In this document: one piece after another, positions 39,266-49,820 of the stretch
Position numbering within the stretch: position 1 is the stretch's first letter
Layout: the number at the start of each line of letters is the position of its first letter
Source of the DNA: an uncultured Clostridia bacterium
GTDB taxonomy: Bacteria > Bacillota > Clostridia > Christensenellales > Aristaeellaceae
Direction of reading: 5' to 3'
DNA: 64,000 nt
Assembly: GCA_934663625.1 (NCBI GenBank)
Contig: CAKUKP010000002.1
Span: 726 to 64,725, forward strand
Made by a program: the position numbers and the translations under genes
The notes under the pieces: model-generated
The model's input: only the letters and a program-made list of their open reading frames with translations
Database searches by the model: none
What the model was told of the DNA's origin: nothing

Positions 39266-40177
39266 ATGAAAAAACCAACGCTTGTGATTATGGCGGCGGG
39301 CATGGGCAGCCGCTTCGGCGGATGCAAACAGATCACCCCTGTGGATGACCGCGGCCACATCATCATCGATTATTCCATTTACGATGCGATTCGCGCGGGC
39401 TTCGGTCAGGTAATCTGCATCATCAAGCCGGAAATGGAGGCGGACTTCCGCGCCGCCATCGGCGATCGCATCGCCAAATCCGTGGATTTGAAATACGCCT
39501 ATCAGACCATCGATCGCCTGCCCGACGGCTATCGCGTTCCGGAGGGGCGCGTAAAGCCCTGGGGCACGGCGCACGCGGTATTGTGCGCGGCGGATCAGAT
39601 CGAGGGCGATTTTGCCGCGATCAACGCCGATGATTTCTACGGCCGCGGCGCATTTCAGGCGGCGCACGATTTCCTCACCGCGCCGCACGCACCCAACGAT
39701 CATGCGATGGTCGGCTATCGGATTGAAAACACGCTGACCGAAAACGGCTATGTTTCGCGCGGCGTTTGCGAAACCGACGATCGCCACATGCTGACCCGCA
39801 TCACCGAGCGCGTACATATCGAACCGCGCGAGGGCGGCGCGGCGTTTACCGAGGACGGCGAAAGCTATACCTTCCTGCCCGCGGGCACGATGGTTTCGAT
39901 GAACATGTGGGCGTTCAGCCACAGCATTCTGGATGAAATGCGGGCGCGGTTTGCCGATTTTCTGGATACGAAGGCCGCCGAAAACCCGATGAAGGCGGAA
40001 TATTATCTGCCCAGCGTGCCCGATCAGCTGATTCGCGAGGGCAAGGCGCAGGTGCGCGTGCTGCCGGTGCACGAACGCTGGTACGGCGTGACCTACCACG
40101 ATGACCTTGCACACATCAACGAAGCCATGCGCAGGCTGTGCGCAGACGGGACGTATCCCGAAAAGCTATGGCAGTAA
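39266..40177 (+). CDS. Sugar-phosphate nucleotidyltransferase
   Basis: MKKPTLVIMAAGMGSRFGG (GxGxR motif), ..PWGTAHAV.., ..INADDFYG. Start at the ATG at 39266. Confidence 0.85.
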   Translation: MKKPTLVIMAAGMGSRFGGCKQITPVDDRGHIIIDYSIYDAIRAGFGQVICIIKPEMEADFRAAIGDRIAKSVDLKYAYQTIDRLPDGYRVPEGRVKPWGTAHAVLCAADQIEGDFAAINADDFYGRGAFQAAHDFLTAPHAPNDHAMVGYRIENTLTENGYVSRGVCETDDRHMLTRITERVHIEPREGGAAFTEDGESYTFLPAGTMVSMNMWAFSHSILDEMRARFADFLDTKAAENPMKAEYYLPSVPDQLIREGKAQVRVLPVHERWYGVTYHDDLAHINEAMRRLCADGTYPEKLWQ

Positions 40178-41700
40178 AGCTTCTCGCGGCGCTGTGCGCG
40201 CTGCTGTTGGCGTTCGGCTGCGCGTGCGCAGAGGAAAATGCTGCATATTTATCCTCCGGCGGCTTCATCGCGCAGGCGCAGAATGATGATCTGTATATCG
40301 CCGATGCATCCGGCATACTGCGCGTATCGGGAAATAACGCAGCACGCATTACCGAGGGCGCTGCAACGAATCTGCAAATCGCGGATGGCGCGCTGTATTA
40401 CACCGATTCCGCCTACGATGAAAACGGCAATCGCACGGTATCGATTCGCCGCATCGATCTTGAAACCGGCGAAAACACCTGCATCGGCGATCCCCTGCCC
40501 GCGGGCACGGATTTTGAATACGACGCGAATTACTTCTATCTGACACGCCATACATCGCGGTACGGCTACGGCGATCTTGCCGTGCGCGGCGATACCATCT
40601 ATTTCATCGGCGATGATGAAACGCCCGGCGCGACCCGCACGGAATGCATCGATTGGAACGACGCCGCCGGACATACGGGCTATCGCACGGAATACGAAAG
40701 CTGCGCGGCGGTATACCGCATGGATCTGAACGGCGAAAACCGCGAAATGCTGATTCCCCATCTGGGCAACGGCGCGAACGTTCACATGATCGTGACCGAG
40801 GATCAGATCATCGTATCCACCTGCTGGCAGAGCGCGGTATCGGATGAAGCGTTTGTGAACTTCATCCGGTACGATTTAACCGGCGCGCCGCTTGAGATGA
40901 TCGCAAATCCATCGCCCGATCGCCACAGCCGCGTTTACCGCGAGGATCAGGAATTTACCTGCACCGTGGACGCGCTGCTGACGAACGGCGATACGATCTA
41001 TGCATCCATCGCGGTGTCCGGCGGCGAAAGCGCCGCTTCGTACCTCGCGGATGTAAGCGATATGAATACGGCGCTGGCGTATGAAGCGTATTATACGCCG
41101 TCCGCGCTGTGCGGCGATACGATCATCTATCTGACCAGCGATGTGCAGAACACGCAATGGGAGGATCGAATTCCCTACACGCTGCGCCTGATGGCGCGCG
41201 ATGCGCGCGGCGATCGCTGCATCGCCTACATTCCCGCGGAATACGCCGCCTACGGAATGCAGATTTCGGCGCTGGGCGATTGGGCGTATCTGAACATGAA
41301 CGGTACGCTGCTGCGCGTTCGCCTGAGCGGCGATATGCCGCAGCTGCTGACGGAGAACGGCTTTGCCGATGCGGAGGCCTTTGCGCCCGCGCAGTACGCC
41401 GCCGCGGAATATCCCGATCCCGATGCGGAACCGGAAACGGAGGAAATGATTCCCTATCTTCTGCCCGGCAGCGATACGCGCCTGTACACGGAGGATGAAT
41501 TATCCATCTATGATCATGATCTTCTGAAGCGGATGCGCGATGAAATTCCGGCGCGGCACGGCTACGTATTTCCCGATCCCGCCGACAGCGCCTATTTTGA
41601 ACAATCCGGCTGGTATCAGCCCGATCCCGATTTTTCGCTGGACGAGCTTACCGATATCGAGCGCGCAAACATGAAAACCATCGATGCGATGCTGCAATAA
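40168..41700 (+). CDS. Lipoprotein with DUF5050-like repeats and C-terminal YARHG domain
   Basis: MAVKLLAALCALLLAFGCA lipobox. ..ALYYTDS.., ..DTIYFIGDD.. propeller-like repeats. C-terminal ..IPARHGYVFPDPADSAYFEQSGWYQPD (YARHG). The ATG overlaps the upstream gene by 10 nt. Confidence 0.7.
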   Translation: MAVKLLAALCALLLAFGCACAEENAAYLSSGGFIAQAQNDDLYIADASGILRVSGNNAARITEGAATNLQIADGALYYTDSAYDENGNRTVSIRRIDLETGENTCIGDPLPAGTDFEYDANYFYLTRHTSRYGYGDLAVRGDTIYFIGDDETPGATRTECIDWNDAAGHTGYRTEYESCAAVYRMDLNGENREMLIPHLGNGANVHMIVTEDQIIVSTCWQSAVSDEAFVNFIRYDLTGAPLEMIANPSPDRHSRVYREDQEFTCTVDALLTNGDTIYASIAVSGGESAASYLADVSDMNTALAYEAYYTPSALCGDTIIYLTSDVQNTQWEDRIPYTLRLMARDARGDRCIAYIPAEYAAYGMQISALGDWAYLNMNGTLLRVRLSGDMPQLLTENGFADAEAFAPAQYAAAEYPDPDAEPETEEMIPYLLPGSDTRLYTEDELSIYDHDLLKRMRDEIPARHGYVFPDPADSAYFEQSGWYQPDPDFSLDELTDIERANMKTIDAMLQ

Positions 41701-41710
41701 AGGTGCGAAA

Positions 41711-41747
41711 AGCCTCCTCTGAGAAAAACTCAGGGGAGGCTTCTTTT
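41711..41747. terminator. Bidirectional intrinsic terminator
   Basis: AGCCTCCTCTGAG-AAAAA-CTCAGGGGAGGCT flanked by an A-run and a T-run, between convergent genes. Confidence 0.8.
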
Positions 41748-41753
41748 GTATGC

Positions 41754-41987
41754 CTATTGAAACCAGATTTTATCACAGAACAGGATAAACAGGAAATAGC
41801 CCACGGCGAACACGGCGCAGACCAGCAGCGCCGCCGCCAGCACGCCCGCGATCACGGATCGGGTTTCCCGCGGGGTCAGCTTGGGGCGATCGCTCTTTTC
41901 GCCCGCCGGCCGATACCATGGCATTCCATCCACATTCATATTTACGATGGTGCGTCCGTCATCATCATCGTATTGCCTGCGCGCCAC
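41754..41987 (-). CDS. Possible small tail-anchored membrane protein at the end of the opp operon
   Basis: 77 codons; GTG start 2 nt after the oppF stop with only a weak RBS. Acidic N-part and one C-terminal TM (VIAGVLAAALLVCAVFAVGYFLFILF). Confidence 0.4.
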   Translation of the reverse strand: MARRQYDDDDGRTIVNMNVDGMPWYRPAGEKSDRPKLTPRETRSVIAGVLAAALLVCAVFAVGYFLFILFCDKIWFQ

Positions 41988-41989
41988 GG

Positions 41990-43072
41990 TTATTCACCCT
42001 TGCCTTCCTTCAGCGCGCCTTCCAGTTCGGCGGTGCGTTCCGGCGAATTGTACAGATGGCACGCGCAGAAGTGATCCGGCTCCAATTCCATAAAATCGGG
42101 GGTGAAGTGCTTGCAGATTTCCATACAATCCTTGCAGCGGGTATGGAATTTGCAGCCCTTCGGCGGGTTGGCGGGCGAAGGAATGCTGCCCTCCAGAATG
42201 ATGCGATCCATCTTGTAATCCGGATCGGGCACGGGAATCGCCGAGAACAGCGCCCGCGTATAGGGATGCATGGGCTTCGCGTACAGCTTATCCGTGGGCG
42301 CGAATTCCACCATATTGCCCAGATACATCACGCCCACCGTATCGGAGATATGCTCCACCACGGAAAGATCGTGCGAAATGAACAGATAGGTCAGCCCGAA
42401 CTGCTTTTGCAGATCGCGCAGCAGATTGATGATCTGCGCCTGAATGGAAACATCCAGCGCGGAAACCGGTTCATCGCACAGGATGAAATCGGGATTCAGC
42501 GCAAGCGCGCGGGCGATGCAGATGCGCTGCCGCTGGCCGCCGGAAAATTCATGGGGATAGCGCCCCTTATAATACTCCGGCAGACCGCACGCCTGCATCA
42601 CGCGGGTGATATAATCATCGAATTCCTCCGGCGGCACGATATTGTGTTCGCGCACGGCTTCGCCGATGATTTCGCCGACGGGCAGGCGCGGCGAAAGGCT
42701 GGAATAGGGATCCTGAAAGATGATCTGGATATCGGGGCGATTCTTTCGCAGCTCCTTCTTATCCAGCGAAAAGATTTCCTTTCCGTTGAAATACACTTCG
42801 CCGTCGGTTTTATCCATCAGGCGCAGAATGGTTCTGCCGATGGTGGATTTACCGCAGCCGGATTCGCCCACCAGACCCATCGTGGTGCCGCGGCGAATCT
42901 TGAAGGATGCGCCGTCCACCGCCTTCACATAGCCGATCGTGCGCTTGAAAAAGCTGGACTTGATCGGGAAATACTTCTTCAGGTTTTTGACCACCAGCAG
43001 ATACTGCGGATCATTTTCAGCGCCGTCAAAGCCGGATGCGGCATAGGCGTCGCGAATCTTTTCTTCACTCAT
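41990..43072 (-). CDS. oppF: Oligopeptide/dipeptide ABC transporter ATP-binding protein
   Basis: Walker A GESGCGKST, signature FSGGQRQR, C-terminal oligopeptide-type extension with a Cys cluster (CKFHTRCKDC). Confidence 0.9.
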   Translation of the reverse strand: MSEEKIRDAYAASGFDGAENDPQYLLVVKNLKKYFPIKSSFFKRTIGYVKAVDGASFKIRRGTTMGLVGESGCGKSTIGRTILRLMDKTDGEVYFNGKEIFSLDKKELRKNRPDIQIIFQDPYSSLSPRLPVGEIIGEAVREHNIVPPEEFDDYITRVMQACGLPEYYKGRYPHEFSGGQRQRICIARALALNPDFILCDEPVSALDVSIQAQIINLLRDLQKQFGLTYLFISHDLSVVEHISDTVGVMYLGNMVEFAPTDKLYAKPMHPYTRALFSAIPVPDPDYKMDRIILEGSIPSPANPPKGCKFHTRCKDCMEICKHFTPDFMELEPDHFCACHLYNSPERTAELEGALKEGKGE

Positions 43073-43073
43073 T

Positions 43074-44255
43074 TCAGCGATCCTCCAGTTCTACGGATTT
43101 GGGATAGGAAAGCGCTTCGCCGCTCTCTAGGAAACGATAGCAGGATACCGTGTGGGTATCGCTGATGCGAATCTCCGGCGGATATTTGCCATCGCAGTGT
43201 TCGCACCGCATTTCGCAGCGATCGCGGAAATAGCAGTAATTGGGCATATCCACGGGGTTCGGCACGCTGCCGGGGATGTTATACAGTTCATCCACCTTGC
43301 GGCCGACCACGGGCTTGGAACGCATCAGACCGATGGTGTAGGGATGCGCGGGATGATGGAAGATATCATCCGCCGTGCCCTTCTCCACCACGCGCCCCGC
43401 ATACATGACCACCACATAATCCGCCATGCCCGCGACCACGCCCAGATCGTGCGTGATCAGCATGATCGATGAAGAAAGCTTATCCTTCAGCGATTGCAAC
43501 AGATCCAGAATCTGCGCCTGAATGGTTACATCCAGCGCGGTGGTCGGCTCATCGGCGATGATCAGCGTGGGGTTGCACGCCAGCGCGATGGCGATCATTA
43601 CGCGCTGCCGCATACCGCCGGAAAGCTCGTGCGGATACATGGTGTATACGCCTTCCTTATTGGCGATGCCCACCAGCGCCAGCATTTCCAGCGTGCGCGC
43701 CTTGATCTGCTCCTGCGTCATATCCGGATTGTGCAGCTTGATCACCTCGTCCACCTGCATACCGATGCGGAACACGGGGTTCAGGCTGGTCATCGGCTCC
43801 TGAAAGATCATGGACATGCGGTTGCCGCGGATATCCTGCATCTTGGCGTTCGGGGTGTTTACGATGTTCAGCGCCGTGCCGTCGCCATTGTTGAAGCGGA
43901 TTTCTCCGCCCGCGGTCTGTCCCGTGGGGCGGGGCAGCAGCTGCATCAGCGAAAGGCTGGTAACGGATTTGCCGCAGCCGGATTCGCCCACGACGCCCAC
44001 CGTGGAATGCTTCGGCACATCGAAGGATACGCCGTCCACCGCGTGCACGGTGCCCACATCGGTAAAGAAGTAGGTGCAGACGTTGTCAAATTCCACAACG
44101 TTGTTTTCATCGCGCATTTTGGTGATATATTTGGAAGGATCCCTGCCCGCCGCGGCGCGCTCGGCCTCCAGCCGGCGGGTGATGCGGCGGTTATAGCGGC
44201 TGATGCGCCGCGATTCCTTCGCGGATATATAGGATTTATTCTTGCTGTCAGACAT
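43074..44255 (-). CDS. oppD: Oligopeptide/dipeptide ABC transporter ATP-binding protein
   Basis: Walker A GESGCGKSV, signature LSGGMRQR, C-terminal CYFRDRCEMRCEHC. About 50-aa basic N-terminal extension. Confidence 0.9.
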   Translation of the reverse strand: MSDSKNKSYISAKESRRISRYNRRITRRLEAERAAAGRDPSKYITKMRDENNVVEFDNVCTYFFTDVGTVHAVDGVSFDVPKHSTVGVVGESGCGKSVTSLSLMQLLPRPTGQTAGGEIRFNNGDGTALNIVNTPNAKMQDIRGNRMSMIFQEPMTSLNPVFRIGMQVDEVIKLHNPDMTQEQIKARTLEMLALVGIANKEGVYTMYPHELSGGMRQRVMIAIALACNPTLIIADEPTTALDVTIQAQILDLLQSLKDKLSSSIMLITHDLGVVAGMADYVVVMYAGRVVEKGTADDIFHHPAHPYTIGLMRSKPVVGRKVDELYNIPGSVPNPVDMPNYCYFRDRCEMRCEHCDGKYPPEIRISDTHTVSCYRFLESGEALSYPKSVELEDR

Positions 44256-44269
44256 TGCTTCGCCCTCCC

Positions 44270-46303
44270 TCAGCGCTTGGCCTTCGGGTCATACGCATCG
44301 CGCAGACCATCGCCCACGAAGTTGAACGCAATTACGGTAAAGCAGATCAGCAGGCCTACCGGAATCCAGATGTGCGCATAATGCGCCATCGCGGATGCGG
44401 AGGATACGCTGTTGATGATCGTGCCCCAGGTTGCCAGCGGGTGCTTTACGCCCAGACCCAGATAGGAAAGCGTGGATTCGGTCAGAATCGTGCTGCCCAT
44501 GCCCATCGTAGCAGATACGATCAGCTGCGGCATAACGTTCGGCACCAGATGGCGGAAGATGCGCGCCTTGACGCGAATGCCGGTCGCCTCGGTCGCCACC
44601 ATGAATTCCTGTTCGCGCAGGGACAAAATCTGTCCGCGCACCAGCCGCGCCACGCTCGCCCAGCCCATCAGACCCAGTACCGCCATCATGACCAGCAGGC
44701 GGATGTAGGTATCCACGCGCATCGCGTCCATCATCGCGCCCAGAATGATCATGATCGGCGTGCTGGGCAGACAATAGAAGATATCCACCAGGCGCATGAT
44801 CAGGTTATCCACCCATTTGCCATAGAAGCCCGCAAGGCCGCCCATGATGATGCCCAGCAGGGATTCCAGGAAAACGACCACGAAGCCGACCATCAGCGAA
44901 ATGCGGCCGCCGTACATGATGCGCGAGAACACATCGAAGCCATCGCCATCCGTGCCCAGAATATGCGCGGCGGAGGGAGATGCATACATATCGATCACGT
45001 AGATGATCTGATCGCAGTTCACCACGTATTCGCCGGTATCCTTCTGCGTAATGCGCAGCTCGGTATCGTTGTACTGCAGATTGCCGTCCGTATCATAGGC
45101 GTATTCGCCGGCGTCGTTCTGCGCGGGCAGCGCGTAGGTAAACGCGCCGTTGTGCAAGCCGGCTTCGTTCATGCCCTTGATGCATTCGTACAGCGCGGTT
45201 TTCAGGCCGTATTCCATCGTATCATCGCCATTGTAGCGGCGCATGACGAAGGTTGTAAATTCGGCGTATTCATTGCCATCGGCATCGCGGATCACCAGAA
45301 TGCCGTCCTCCGGCTGGATGGTGTAATCCGCGCCATCCGCGGTGAAGCTTCCGTCCGCGGCGTGCAGCAGCGCCTGCACGCGGAATTCATCGCTCGCCTG
45401 CTGGCTTACATCATAGGTATCCAGCGCGCAGCGCGTGTACACGCGCACGATCTTCGAATCCACGGCGCGGTATACCGCTCCGCCCTCGCCCGCGATCACG
45501 GGAAGGTACGTATTGCCCTCGAAATCAAAGGCGTTTCCGCCCGCGGCTTCCGCGGCGGCTTCAAATTCGGGGGTCATCGCTTCGCCCTCGTAGATAAAGC
45601 CCTCGGTGCTCGCCGTGATTTCGTATTTCTTCGCCTTCGCCATCTGGTAGGTGTAGGTCACGCCGCCAAATTCGAAGGTGCCGTTCTTGCCCTTGCACGC
45701 CTTTACGGCGGTCTTGACGAAATCATCGCCCAGATCATCGGTCTCATAGCTTACGCGCTTGCCAACGGAATCCAGCGTGCCGATCAGCGCGGCGCCGCTG
45801 CCGAAGGAGCAGATCTTTTCCGCCTGCGCCTGATCCAGCGAATATACGTTATCCGCGATATAATCATAGGCGTAGATCATGCCATCATCGCCCAGGAAGG
45901 CATGGCGCGTTTCGCCGTCCGCCTGCATTTTCTTGATCGCGGTATTCGCCATATTGGCGGCGTTGGTATTGACCTTCGCATCGCCATCCACGGTATAGCC
46001 GGTGTAGGCGCTGTTTTCCTTCGCCAGCGCGTAATTTACGTTCTGCGAAGCATATTTATAGAAGATATCCTTCTGACCGTAGGCGTAAAACAGCGGGCCC
46101 ACGAACGAAAACAGGAACATGACGATCAGCGTGCAGGTTCCGAACACCGCCAGGCGGTTTCGGATGAAGCGCTTGAACACCTGCCGCGCGGGGGACAATA
46201 CCTTCACGCGGGATACATCGTCCAGATGGATTTCCGATTGCGTCTGATCCGCGGCGGGCGCGCTCTTCTTTTTCAGAACTTCATTCAGATTGTAGGAAGC
46301 CAT
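44270..46303 (-). CDS. oppC: Peptide ABC transporter permease with ~370-aa extracytoplasmic insertion
   Basis: One N-terminal TM (LAVFGTCTLIVMFLFSFVGPLF), a long hydrophilic region, then a canonical OppC core (..HILGTDGDGFDVFSRIMYGGRISL.. to the end). Confidence 0.85.
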   Translation of the reverse strand: MASYNLNEVLKKKSAPAADQTQSEIHLDDVSRVKVLSPARQVFKRFIRNRLAVFGTCTLIVMFLFSFVGPLFYAYGQKDIFYKYASQNVNYALAKENSAYTGYTVDGDAKVNTNAANMANTAIKKMQADGETRHAFLGDDGMIYAYDYIADNVYSLDQAQAEKICSFGSGAALIGTLDSVGKRVSYETDDLGDDFVKTAVKACKGKNGTFEFGGVTYTYQMAKAKKYEITASTEGFIYEGEAMTPEFEAAAEAAGGNAFDFEGNTYLPVIAGEGGAVYRAVDSKIVRVYTRCALDTYDVSQQASDEFRVQALLHAADGSFTADGADYTIQPEDGILVIRDADGNEYAEFTTFVMRRYNGDDTMEYGLKTALYECIKGMNEAGLHNGAFTYALPAQNDAGEYAYDTDGNLQYNDTELRITQKDTGEYVVNCDQIIYVIDMYASPSAAHILGTDGDGFDVFSRIMYGGRISLMVGFVVVFLESLLGIIMGGLAGFYGKWVDNLIMRLVDIFYCLPSTPIMIILGAMMDAMRVDTYIRLLVMMAVLGLMGWASVARLVRGQILSLREQEFMVATEATGIRVKARIFRHLVPNVMPQLIVSATMGMGSTILTESTLSYLGLGVKHPLATWGTIINSVSSASAMAHYAHIWIPVGLLICFTVIAFNFVGDGLRDAYDPKAKR

Positions 46304-46315
46304 TTGCGCACCCCC

Positions 46316-47305
46316 TTAGCTCAGCCGCACGCGCGGGTCCACCGCGGCGTACAGCAAATCGGACAGCAGATTTCCCAGCAGCGTAAGGATGGAAATGAAC
46401 GCCAGATAGAACATCACGAAGGGAATATCCGCCTGAATCATCGAATTGTAGGAGGTATAGCCGATGCCGCGAATGCCGAACAGCGTTTCGGTAATCAGCG
46501 CGCCGGAAAACAGACTCGGCAGCGAACCGCCCAGCACGGTAATCAGCGGGATCAGCGTATTTCGGAAGGCGTGGCGGCTGATGACCTTATTTTCCGGCAC
46601 GCCCTTGGCGCGCGCGGTGCGGATATAATCGGCGGACAGCACTTCCAACATATTTGTACGGGTATAGCGCATCAGCGAGCCGATGGAAATCACCGTGAGC
46701 GTGACCGCCGGCAGCACGAAATGCTTCGCCATATCCAGGAATTTTCCAAATTCAGAAAGGTACAGATAATCGCGCCCCTGCATACCGGTTAAATCAAACC
46801 AGCCCAGCTTAATCGAAAATACGTACTTCAGCAGGGTCGCCAGGAAGAATGTGGGCATCGAAATACACACCATCGAAACTACGGTAGTGAAATAATCGGT
46901 AAAGGAATACTGCTTGCGCGCAGCCTTTACGCCCAGCGGGATCGCAATGATGATTTGAAAGAACATCGATACCAGGCTGAGCGCGAAGCTGTACCAGATC
47001 ACATCGCGGAACTTTGCGGTAACAGACATATTCCATGCCCAGCTTTCGCCCCAGTTGCCGGTGAGGGCGCTCTTAATCCAGGTAAGGTAACCGCGCAGCA
47101 CGCCCTTGTTCATGCCGTACTGCTCATTTAAATCTTCCAGCCATTCGGTGTAGCTCTTGCCCGCGCCGGGACGCGAAGCCAGCTCGCGCGCCTTCGTTTC
47201 CAGATAGCCCGCGGGCATATTGTACATCAGAATATAGATCAGGAACATGACGAAAAACAGTATCACGATGCTGTAAAGCAAGCGCTTTGCTGTGTACTTC
47301 AGCAT
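46316..47305 (-). CDS. oppB: Peptide ABC transporter permease
   Basis: MLKYTAKRLLYSIVILFFVMFLIY.. typical OppB/DppB N-terminus; 329 aa. Confidence 0.9.
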   Translation of the reverse strand: MLKYTAKRLLYSIVILFFVMFLIYILMYNMPAGYLETKARELASRPGAGKSYTEWLEDLNEQYGMNKGVLRGYLTWIKSALTGNWGESWAWNMSVTAKFRDVIWYSFALSLVSMFFQIIIAIPLGVKAARKQYSFTDYFTTVVSMVCISMPTFFLATLLKYVFSIKLGWFDLTGMQGRDYLYLSEFGKFLDMAKHFVLPAVTLTVISIGSLMRYTRTNMLEVLSADYIRTARAKGVPENKVISRHAFRNTLIPLITVLGGSLPSLFSGALITETLFGIRGIGYTSYNSMIQADIPFVMFYLAFISILTLLGNLLSDLLYAAVDPRVRLS

Positions 47306-47455
47306 TTTGCTCTCTCTCCTTATAATATGCTTGTGCCGGAGGGCGGCAGGCGCCGCCCTCCGGTTTTGTCAAGAATTGTCGATGGTTTCCCGCGGAAGCC
47401 GCCGACCCGCAAAACTACGTTGCGAATTCTTGCATTTCAAATAATCCTGAAGAGA

Positions 47456-49741
47456 TTACTTTACAGCCAGGGTGTTGATTTCCGCAGCCCAGCCCCAGTA
47501 GGGAGTCATATCCTTGGGCAGGGTTTCGGTATCGATGCGGATCGTGGAAGCTACGACGGCGTCCTTGCGCTGATACAGCGGCAGTTCAACGCCCCAATCC
47601 AGGATCTCTTCCATCGCGGACTTGTAGGTCGCCTTGCGGAAATCGGTATCCGGGCTGGTGCGGCCCGCCATGATCAGCTCATCCAGTTCATCAGATACGA
47701 TCTGATAGTGGTTGGAGTTGGTGTTCTGGCCGTTTGCGTTGGAGGAATGATATACCTGGTACATATCGGGATCCGCAGTGGCCTGCCATGCAGCCGCCCA
47801 CATCTGCGCGGTGTTGCTTTCCAGCGCGTTGTTCCATACGGAGGTGCCGACGTCGTTCACCTGCATGGTGATGCCGATCTTCGCCAGCTGTTCAGAGGCG
47901 GCAACTGCCACGCCGTACGCCGGATGGTCGCCGATGCCCTGGCCGGGGATCATGACCTCGTAGGATAGGGAAGCGCCTTCGGGAGCCGCGGTGAACTTGC
48001 CGGCCGCATCGTCCCAGGTGAAGCCCGCCGCCTTCAGATAGCCGATCGCCGCGGTCAGCGCCGCATCGTACTTCTGTTCATCGCTCATGCCCTCGGTGTA
48101 GATGGGATTGCCGTCCACATCGCGGGAATAGCAGTTTTCATAGCCTTCATCGGTCGGACGCGGCGCCGCCCAGCTGGTGTTGGAGATGGGGTACTGGATG
48201 ACCGCAGCGCGATCGCCGTAGTAGGAGTTCACAACGGTATCACGATATACGCTCAGCAGGGTCATGAACGCCTTGCGCAGATCCTTGGATTCCTCGGAAC
48301 CTGCTTCGCCCGCCACGGAAACCAGATTGGCGTTGATGCCAACATAGCCGTAGCCGCGATAGTCGATCAGGGTGGTGGTCAGGGTGTCGCCGGTCAGCTC
48401 GCCGTTGGAGTTGGCGTCCTGGATGGCGGCGACGGTATCGGCGCTGATGGACGGCAGCGCGATATCGAAGGTACCGGTGATGATGCCGGGCACATAGTCG
48501 GAATCGATCGCGGTCTGCATCAGCAGATTCTTGGTGGCGGGTTCGCCTTCGAAGTACAGGGGATTGGCTTCCAGCGTTACCACGCCGTTTTCATAGCCCT
48601 TGAACAGGTATGCGCCGGAGCCCAGAGGTTCGCGGGTCTTGGACTTCACGCCGGAAAGATCGCCCTTTACGAAGCCGAAGGAATCTTCGCCGTTGTACAG
48701 TTCGGGATCGCCGTAGTAGTGCAGCGGCGCTACCAGGATGCCCAACTGATAGATCGTCGTCGTGCTGAATTCGGTGGTATGGATGGTCATGCTGTAATCG
48801 CCGGTCTTCTTGATACCGCTGATGGACTTCACGGTATCGCCGGTGGCTACGCCGTAGCCATACTTGGCGGTATAATCATCGATGAAATCAGTCAGCGCGC
48901 TGCCGGCAGATTCGGTATCGGAAGCTTCGAAGATGGTGCCGAAGTTGGCTTCAATCGCCTTCCAGTAATCGGCGGCGGTTGCGCCCTCGGTCCATGCATC
49001 GCCATAGCCCCATTCGGTCATGCCGAACTTCACCGCCAGAGACGCATCCGCGCGGATCTCATCGGCGGTCGCTTCGATATCGGATGCATTATCATCGGCA
49101 TAGTTGGCGACGACGTAATCTACGATTTCCTGCGCGAACTTTTCGCCCGCAGCATCAACGTCCGCCCAGAAAGCGGTCTGGGTGGCTTCATCCCACTTGG
49201 AGAAATCGGTGTTGTCGCGTCCGGCTTCGGCAATCAGCGTGCCCAGCGCGGTCATGGACTTATAGTACTCATCCATGCCTTCGATGGGCAGCGTATAGAA
49301 CGTGGAAGCGCCATCATAGGTAGGATCGCTCAGCACGTACATATCGAAGATCACGTCATCGATCGTCATGGGCGTGCCATCGGAGAATACGACGTCGTCG
49401 CGCAGGGTGATGTTGTAATCAACAGTGCTGTCGTCGTTCATCACGATATCCAGATTGGCAAGACCATAGTAGGTGTAATCGGTGCCGTTGTAGTTCACGG
49501 TTTCGCCTTCGATGCTGTTCTGCAGTACGTTGCCGCCGCGGTCGCTGGGCAGCAGGTAGGTGAACACCATCTCGGTCAGTTCGGTATCATATGCGACGGT
49601 GGTGAAGAACGGGCTGAACTTCTCGCCGAAGGTTGAAGTCGCGTACACGAGCGTATCGGTGCGCGCTTCAGTGGTTTCTGCAACGCCCGCGAAGGACAGA
49701 ACCATCGCCAGCATCAGCAGAAGAGAAACGATTTTCTTCAT
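47456..49741 (-). CDS. oppA: Peptide ABC transporter substrate-binding protein (family 5), unusually long
   Basis: Signal peptide MKKIVSLLLMLAMVLSFAGVA (ATG at 49741, GGGAGG upstream). 761 aa with an SBP_bac_5-like pattern. Confidence 0.85.
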   Translation of the reverse strand: MKKIVSLLLMLAMVLSFAGVAETTEARTDTLVYATSTFGEKFSPFFTTVAYDTELTEMVFTYLLPSDRGGNVLQNSIEGETVNYNGTDYTYYGLANLDIVMNDDSTVDYNITLRDDVVFSDGTPMTIDDVIFDMYVLSDPTYDGASTFYTLPIEGMDEYYKSMTALGTLIAEAGRDNTDFSKWDEATQTAFWADVDAAGEKFAQEIVDYVVANYADDNASDIEATADEIRADASLAVKFGMTEWGYGDAWTEGATAADYWKAIEANFGTIFEASDTESAGSALTDFIDDYTAKYGYGVATGDTVKSISGIKKTGDYSMTIHTTEFSTTTIYQLGILVAPLHYYGDPELYNGEDSFGFVKGDLSGVKSKTREPLGSGAYLFKGYENGVVTLEANPLYFEGEPATKNLLMQTAIDSDYVPGIITGTFDIALPSISADTVAAIQDANSNGELTGDTLTTTLIDYRGYGYVGINANLVSVAGEAGSEESKDLRKAFMTLLSVYRDTVVNSYYGDRAAVIQYPISNTSWAAPRPTDEGYENCYSRDVDGNPIYTEGMSDEQKYDAALTAAIGYLKAAGFTWDDAAGKFTAAPEGASLSYEVMIPGQGIGDHPAYGVAVAASEQLAKIGITMQVNDVGTSVWNNALESNTAQMWAAAWQATADPDMYQVYHSSNANGQNTNSNHYQIVSDELDELIMAGRTSPDTDFRKATYKSAMEEILDWGVELPLYQRKDAVVASTIRIDTETLPKDMTPYWGWAAEINTLAVK

Positions 49742-49820
49742 TGAATTATCCTCCCTGTCAGATTGATTTATATACAGTGCGATCGATCGCACGGCATATA
49801 CGCATGGATTTGCGCGGCTT

